From positions 295,941,765 to 296,005,764 of the forward strand of contig NC_133620.1 of the NCBI RefSeq assembly GCF_048593235.1: 64,000 nucleotides of DNA, given 5' to 3'. Made by a program: the position numbers and the translations under genes. How positions within the stretch are numbered: the stretch's first letter is position 1; the number at the start of each line of letters is the position of its first letter. The DNA comes from Sminthopsis crassicaudata (Eukaryota). Under the pieces are notes generated by a model that was not told where the DNA came from, searched no databases, and worked only from the letters and a program-made list of their open reading frames with translations. Positions 57,831 through 64,000 of the stretch are shown here, one piece after another.

Positions 57831-58820
57831 TCTTAGAAAATGCAGAATAGTCTTTTCTGCTTGAGTAAAAATCCTTCCCTGGAAGCTCCCTGTACCAATG
57901 AAATCACAGATCAAAAGAACAACAATGAAAAAGCACTTTGTGTATATAGAATTTATTTAGAAATGTAAATGTCATTTCTCCCAGTAGAACTTGAGTCCTT
58001 GAGGTCAGAAATTCTATTTTGTTTTATCTTTGTAGCTCCACCATGTAGCAGAGTGCTTGGCATTTAGTCATAATGACTGACCGATATTTTGTAGGATATT
58101 CCATTTTATGCCTGAGTTTAATTTTGGATCCTTGGAGAGAATTAAAATGACTGCTACTGCTTAAAGACTTCTGTGGGTGTCTCTAAGTAGTGTTGTGAGG
58201 CTCAAACGAGATATTTATAAACTTAGCACAATGCCTGGCACATAGTAGGTAATATAAAAATGATTATTCCTTTCCTTTCCCCTACTTGGCTGTGGGCGAT
58301 CAAACCAAAATTTTTGATGCTGCGCCCCCTCTGGTGGCCAGCAATTATGCTGCAGTTTCTTAAGAGGGCAGTTGAATTTTTGTTTTTCGTGCACTTAAAA
58401 AAGTTTTTTACATAGCTGGGCTCTTGTTTCAAATATAGATGGACACCTGCTGGCCAATTCTGTCAATTTATCAGTCAACAAGCATTTATTAAGCACATAA
58501 ATGCCAAGAACTGTGTTAAAATATTACACTCACTCAAAGGAAAATGAAGTGACATTGTCCTTATAGGCTTACAGACAGCATCATTGACCAATAGAACCAA
58601 GGGATATTAGTGTTACAGAAGGTACTGGGATATAGAAATCTAGGCTTCCATACTATGACCCCAACCCACCCACCCCCTCACCTTCAAGTTGGAATACTTT
58701 CAGGCTCTAGAACCCAAGAATAAAGAGGCTAGAGTACAAGTTGACAGAATATTCCAAAGTGGCTCCCTCCACAGAAAACCAGTGTCTTATATTCCAAACA
58801 AGGTTCTCATTCTGGTCTTC

Positions 58821-60648
58821 ATGTGGGTCCTAATGCTTGGCTACCTTTTCTTAAGCACCTCCCAAGCCTGTATCTTCTGCCGCCTTCCTTCTAGAGACCT
58901 TTCTGCACGCCTGGCTCATCTCTGTGAACAGATAAGTTCAGAATGGGAAGATTGTAAAACCAGCTGGAACTTCTCAACCTTTGCCTTAGGTGGGACCTAA
59001 GAATCTTTTCCTCTAGTCCCAGTTCTATCTCCTCCAAATCTCTCAGGTACCTGAATTGAAAGCCATCTGTTAGAATAGTCCTTCCCTCTTCTCACTGAAG
59101 TCTCTAATTCTCTTCACGTCACCACCCAATCTATTGATAAGATTTCCCTTAAAGCCTATTATAGGATTTACTTTTACTGTAGGCCCAGGAGATTCATGAA
59201 GGAAGACTAGCTCACTTGGAGGTTGACTCTATCTTCTAGGATCTATAAGATTTTCTCTAGAACTTTGTCATCTCCTCTTCTTCTCCAGATGAAGTATCCA
59301 TGGATAGAATCACAGAAAAAACACACAGAGTCATGACAGTTCTTGGTAAGGAGATAAAGTGGCACCTTAAGTGGATAAAGAGGGGAGAAGGATCTATTTC
59401 AAAAGATAAAGAGTAGAAGGCATGGGATAAAAGAAGTGATTGGTGATCAGAAAAGTGAAAAAATATGATAAAAGGAGAGGGAAGGAAGTGGGGAGAGGGG
59501 AATGAGAGTGGGAACCAGGGTTGGGGGACTAGGAGAGGTATGGGAACAGGAGATGAAGAGAAGAGCATTGGGAACATAGGGAGAAACGGGAAGTTGGAGA
59601 AAAAGGACTGGTTTGGAATCACTGATGGAAAATGGAAATGACAGTGTAGAGTAGGGCCAAGGAGAAGTTTTATGAACAAACTATTTGCTGCCCTTTTCTC
59701 CAGAAATCAAAGGTTACCTGTTTTCCCTTCCCACCTATTGGCAATGGCTTCAGAAATCTAAACTTCCTGAATATATGAGGCAAGGTATCAGGCATGAAGG
59801 GTGGGGAGGGAGAGATACCTGGAATCCTGATGGATATGAAGCATTGGGGGTGGGGGGGTGAGAGAAGGGTGTGGGATAGGGGATAAACACTTTTCTCCTT
59901 GATTTTCTCAGCTCTGTGCCCTCCTGACTGCCGTGAGTATAGCATATGGGTTAAAGACAAAGGGGTAATTTGACCACTTGGATCTCTGAGGAGAACAAAG
60001 GTTGGGTGGAAAGGGTGAGGAGAGAATTAGAGAATCTCAGGAGACATCATCATCACTATTGAGGCCCTAAGAGGGAGGGAGCTGCGCTCTCCCTGAATCA
60101 TCACTTCCAGCCAATCTTGCAGGTGGAAGGACTACCCTGTACAACTGCTCCACATGCAAAGCTGTAGAGGTTCATTGCTGGGCTCTCAAGCGTTGTATCC
60201 CAGGTCAACTTCACATCTAAGTACCTTGTCCACTCTTTCCAGATGCTCCTGCCCTTGGGGATCTAATCTTATGGCCCTCAAACTCTTATCTGGGGTTTAA
60301 TTTTTTCTCCAATGACTTCCCACCATCCTCTCCCCCTAGACTTCCTTTCAAAGATTTCTTTGCAGCATGGCAACTTTCACTCTACCCTTTTTCCCATAGG
60401 AAAACAGGACCTAAGGGAAGCCAAGATTCTGCTCCTGTTTTTTTCAGCTGCTTCATTAATTCTAGGTTTCATCAGCTGTATAATAGAGTGAGTTGGGGAA
60501 TGGGCCTGAGGTTGGGAGTACGGGGCATGTGACATTCTAATTATTATATTCTCATCTATTCCATCTTAAACCAGTCTTTATTTCTTCCCTTTTCCTTTTA
60601 TCCCTTTCCTCCAGATCCAGATCTCTCCTTGCAGAGCCACACTCTTGA
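58821..60648 (+). CDS. TMEM95: Sperm-egg fusion protein TMEM95 (176 aa)
   Basis: 7 exons: 58821-58989, 59289-59345, 59704-59784, 59912-59932, 60123-60203, 60400-60487, 60615-60648 (531 nt, all GT-AG, phase-consistent). Signal peptide, CIFC, EVSMDRITEKTHRV, YWQWLQKSKLPEY, LCPPDC, YNCSTC, a TM helix ILLLFFSAASLILGFISCII, and 10 ectodomain Cys. Confidence 0.93.
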
Positions 60649-60821
60649 AGAGATTCCAAGACTTTCCCCCCAGTTTCCACCTTCAAAGTCTTCCTGTTGA
60701 CTCGGTTCTGGCAATTCATAGCAAGCTTTCAGCACTCCCAACCTCCAAGGACCACTCACATACCTAACTTCCCACCCCTTCAAATACCACCACCACCACC
60801 ACCACACTAGTCAGTGATTCA

Positions 60822-60827
60822 AATAAA
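60822..60827 (+). terminator. TMEM95 polyadenylation signal AATAAA
   Basis: 173 nt after the TMEM95 stop. Confidence 0.65.
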
Positions 60828-61423
60828 TATAGATGGAATTAGAACCCCCATACTATTCCACCAGATTCTCTTTCATCTAGGCCCTGAAAAATTAACTGGG
60901 AACATTGCCCCATAGTTATCTCCAGACTTTTTTTTTTTTTTTTCTTTTTTTCTCAGCTGCTGTGGATTTTGTGGATTCTGGGAGAGTCAACCTTTTTTGC
61001 AAATTCAATCTTCTTTGGAAAACTCTCCCTGCCACATTAGAAAATCCATGTTGGAGGTGGCATTATCTTGTTTTAAAAGTAATAAGGTATGTTTAGTTAT
61101 GGGTGTTTGTATACTCATGTACATTCCGAATCAGGGTGAGACACCCCTCATCTTTCTTGGCATTTTTCTTCTCCTATCGTCATTAAGTAGCTTTATTTTA
61201 ATCCCTTCAATTCTGGTCTTTAATCTACAATACTGGAAAATGACAGTTCTGAAGAGTTCTCACTTTCATCAGGAAGATAGTCTTTATCCATGAGGAAACC
61301 CCAGCTATATGAAGGAAATCGAATCTTCACCTTTGAGGAGTGTAAATGACAAGATGTCTGAATCTGAAATCATGGGATTTTCCCTTAAAACTACAATAGT
61401 TACCATTCTTGGGTTCCCTATTT

Positions 61424-61800
61424 TTGACAGTGGCACCCTCATTTTGAAATCTACATCTTAGTCAACCTTGTTACCTTCTTTTCCCTTCTCTTCTGATCAC
61501 ATCATCAAGTTCTATTGATTTTTCCTCATGTTTCTCAAGTCCAGTTTAGTTCCTCCTTTCCAGTTCTGTTGCTACCAGACGAGTTTAGGTCTATATTAGT
61601 TTTTATCTGGATTATTGCAACTGGTCTCATCTCCCTGTCTCCAGTTTCTTCCTTCTATACATACTACTGTCAGAGTAATCTTCCTAATCAAAGTTTAATC
61701 AAGACACTCATCTCTGCTCAAAATCCTTGATCCCCACAGCCTACAGAATAAAATACAAGCCTGATTTAGCTTTCAAGCATTTGACAGTCTATTTCTCAAA
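61424..61800 (+). mobile_element. Ancient L2-like LINE fragment
   Basis: ...ttatctggattattgcaactggtctcatctccctgtctcc... resembles L2; partly repeated at 63896-64000. Confidence 0.45.
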
Positions 61801-62329
61801 TATATTTCTATTCTTAGTCACACTACACCCATTCAGTTCCTCACTTATATTTTGCCTTTTCCCTCCTTTGTAACTTGTATATGCTAGAATAGTAAACTCC
61901 ACATTTGTACTAGCTGAAAATTTTCCCTTTCTTTAAACTGACATGTCATCTCCATAAAGTCTTCTCTTATTTCCTCCCCCACCCATAAGTGATATTGTTC
62001 TCTCCTCAAATATCATACCATCAGTTTGGATCTCAACCATTACTTCCTTTTGTAAAGTTGTCTGCCTTCCTGGGCTTTTAATGCCTAGAAGACAACCTGG
62101 TCATTAAAAAAAAAATTATATCTCCTGAACCTTGCCTGAGGTCTTAAAATTTCTTGAATTGAGTTCAGAATCATCTAACATGTAACCCTCCCATTTTTCC
62201 ATTGTTGATTCCTACTATATCTGCTGAATTGCTTTATTACCTTTTCCTATCATTATTGTACCAAGGCCTTTCCTCCTACTATTTCTACTTTTAGGCTTAT
62301 GCTCATTTACACCTTTTCCTCATTTCTCT

Positions 62330-62590
62330 ATGTCACTAAATCTTTTTTTAAAAATAATAATATTCATATTCTATTTTTATATAAAATATATAAAAATAAA
62401 TTTAAAATATTGATTTTCAAAATACATGCAAAGAGTTTTCAATATTTACCCTTGCAAAATCTTGTGTTGCAAATTTTTCTCCCTTCCTTCCCTTAGATAG
62501 CAAGTAATCATATTATGTTAAACATGTACAATTCTTCTAAATATATTTCCACATTTATCATGCTGCACAAGAAAAATCAGATCAAAAAGG
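62330..62590 (-). mobile_element. LINE-derived (L1 3' end / WALLSI-like) element
   Basis: aaatacatgcaaagagttttcaatatttacccttgcaaaatcttgtgttgcaaatttttctccc..., typical of a marsupial LINE 3' end by recollection. Confidence 0.5.
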
Positions 62591-62914
62591 AGAAAAAAAA
62601 TGAGAAAGAATAAAAAACAAGCAAACAACATATCTTGCTAAATCTTAACCTTCCTGTTAGCCCTAATTCAGAGTTCTTCCATTACATCTTATCCACGTAA
62701 GCTCCTGATGTATAATTCTATTGTCTTTAATCAAATAGCTCTTTAATATAGTAAAATAGACTATGCTCTCCTTTATGTGTATATTTCCTCTCTTTCCTCC
62801 AGCCCCCATAATCTAGAAGTCCTTTCTGGGCAAGGGGGAAGGCTCTACAACTTTTCTTTGTACTTCTCTAGATCTCCATTGTCAGATTATTAAGTACCAT
62901 CTGGGATAGTCATA

Positions 62915-63150
62915 CCAGGGGCAACTAGAAGACTCAGTGGATAGAATACTGGGTACAGAAGGAAGACCTGAATTTATATTGGTTCACACTACTGTGACTC
63001 TGGGCAAGTCATTGAACCTCTGTCTGCCTTAATCCACCAGAGAAGGAAATGGCAAACCACTCCAATATTTTTACCAAAAAAAAAAAATCCATATTGTTGT
63101 GCTATGGTCCAAGAGGTCATTAAGGATTCTGACACAGCTGACAAACATGC
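62915..63150 (+). mobile_element. Mar1-type CORE-SINE
   Basis: ggggcaactag...ctgggcaagtcattgaacctctgtctgcc...gagaaggaaatggcaaaccactcc. Confidence 0.65.
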
Positions 63151-63161
63151 AGTCTGGAGAT

Positions 63162-63746
63162 TGTTAGGATTACTAAGTGAGAACTGAGGTTGTCTGGATG
63201 GTGACAAGGTGAGAATTCAGGTTTTCTGGACAATTAACAAGGTGAGAACTCAGGTTGACTTGATAAGAGGGGGCGCCAATTGTAGCGAGCTGTCGTCTCC
63301 AGAAGCTGCTGGATCGCTCTCTGGGAAGAGATCTGCTGTGTCTTCTACTCAAATCTCTCCGACAGATTCTTCTTCCTGTAGAGAACCGTTGTCTCCAGGC
63401 AGTTGCTGTTAACTCTTGTCCTTAGAAGTGACTTCCCTTCCTGCAGAGAGCCCCGTCAAGCCTGATGCAATTCAGAGTCTTCTCTTGAATCCTGGCTCTG
63501 AATCTCCTCCAGCTCTTATCCTTCTCCAGGCCGATCTGCCCTCTGCGCCCAGTGCTGTCTCTTTTTATCCTCCCAGAGAATGGGCGTGGGATAATGCAAG
63601 GGCTTCTGGGAAGAACCACCCCAGCCAATGAGCTTGCCCCCTCTATCAAGTCAACCTGAGTTCTCACCTTGTAATTGTCCAGAAAACCTGAATTCTCACC
63701 TTGTCACTGTCCAGACAACCTCAGTTCTCACTTAGTAATCCTAACA
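63162..63746 (-). mobile_element. LTR-like element with about 113-bp terminal inverted repeats (fold-back)
   Basis: Arms 63162-63274 and 63636-63746 are reverse complements with 2 substitutions and 2 single-base indels. TG...CA ends. Internal CCAAT (63625-63629) and minus-strand GATAAAAAG (63561-63569). Confidence 0.85.
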
Positions 63747-64000
63747 TCAGATGATCAGGCCTCAGCCATTCCCTCTCCTTTTGATTTAAATTCAACCAGT
63801 ATAAAGTGCTTACATATACAAGACACTCTGCTAAGATGCTGAAGATACAAAAACAAAGAAAAATACTCCCTGACTTCAAGGAGTTTACAATCTAGTTGAC
63901 AGTGGCACCCTCATCTCGGGGTCAGTATTGTTCCTTTCCTTTCCTGATCTCATCAATAAGTTCTTTTGATTCTTCCTAATGTTTCTCAAATCCAGTTGAG

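Noticed and set aside
58322-58340. CTCF-like motif (minus strand TGGCCACCAGAGGGGGCGC) upstream of TMEM95
   Set aside because: Two extra bases relative to the core consensus spacing; cannot be supported without ChIP or PWM scoring.
58689-58820. 44-codon upstream extension of TMEM95 exon 1 in the ORF track
   Set aside because: Begins at a TTG and would bury the signal peptide; the ATG at 58821 gives the expected 176-aa protein.
63162-63274. ~32-bp repeated units resembling a CRISPR array
   Set aside because: Eukaryotic context, no unique spacers, units are degenerate and lie within a transposable-element arm.

Overview
Eukaryotic (mammalian) genomic DNA from the region syntenic to human 17p13.1. 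The CORE/tRNA-derived SINE and LINE content points to a marsupial, possibly an Australian lineage (inference). I reconstructed by hand, with phase-consistent splice sites, six intact protein-coding genes: EIF5A (+, 154 aa), GPS2 (-, 326 aa), NEURL4 (-, 1520 aa, 28 coding exons), ACAP1 (+, 736 aa, 22 exons), KCTD11 (+, single exon) and the sperm-egg fusion gene TMEM95 (+, 176 aa, 7 exons, mostly invisible in the ORF track). Between NEURL4 and ACAP1 lies a decayed, intron-containing protein phosphatase inhibitor-2 (PPP1R2-family) gene, probably the orthologue of mouse 2810408A11Rik. It is broken by an LTR inserted in exon 2, frameshifts, a nonsense codon and lost splice sites. Other notable points: a 112-bp copy of the EIF5A 3'UTR inside a GPS2 intron; an AUG in KCTD11 next to the non-AUG (AUU) start known from human; a frameshifted remnant of a NEURL4 exon; a GC-AG intron; a homotypic TTTAYGGC motif cluster in the NEURL4 promoter; and a 585-bp LTR-like element with 113-bp near-perfect terminal inverted repeats. 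Comparisons with human and mouse proteins are from memory, not from database searches. Repeat family names and boundaries are approximate. No tRNA, rRNA or CRISPR features were found.
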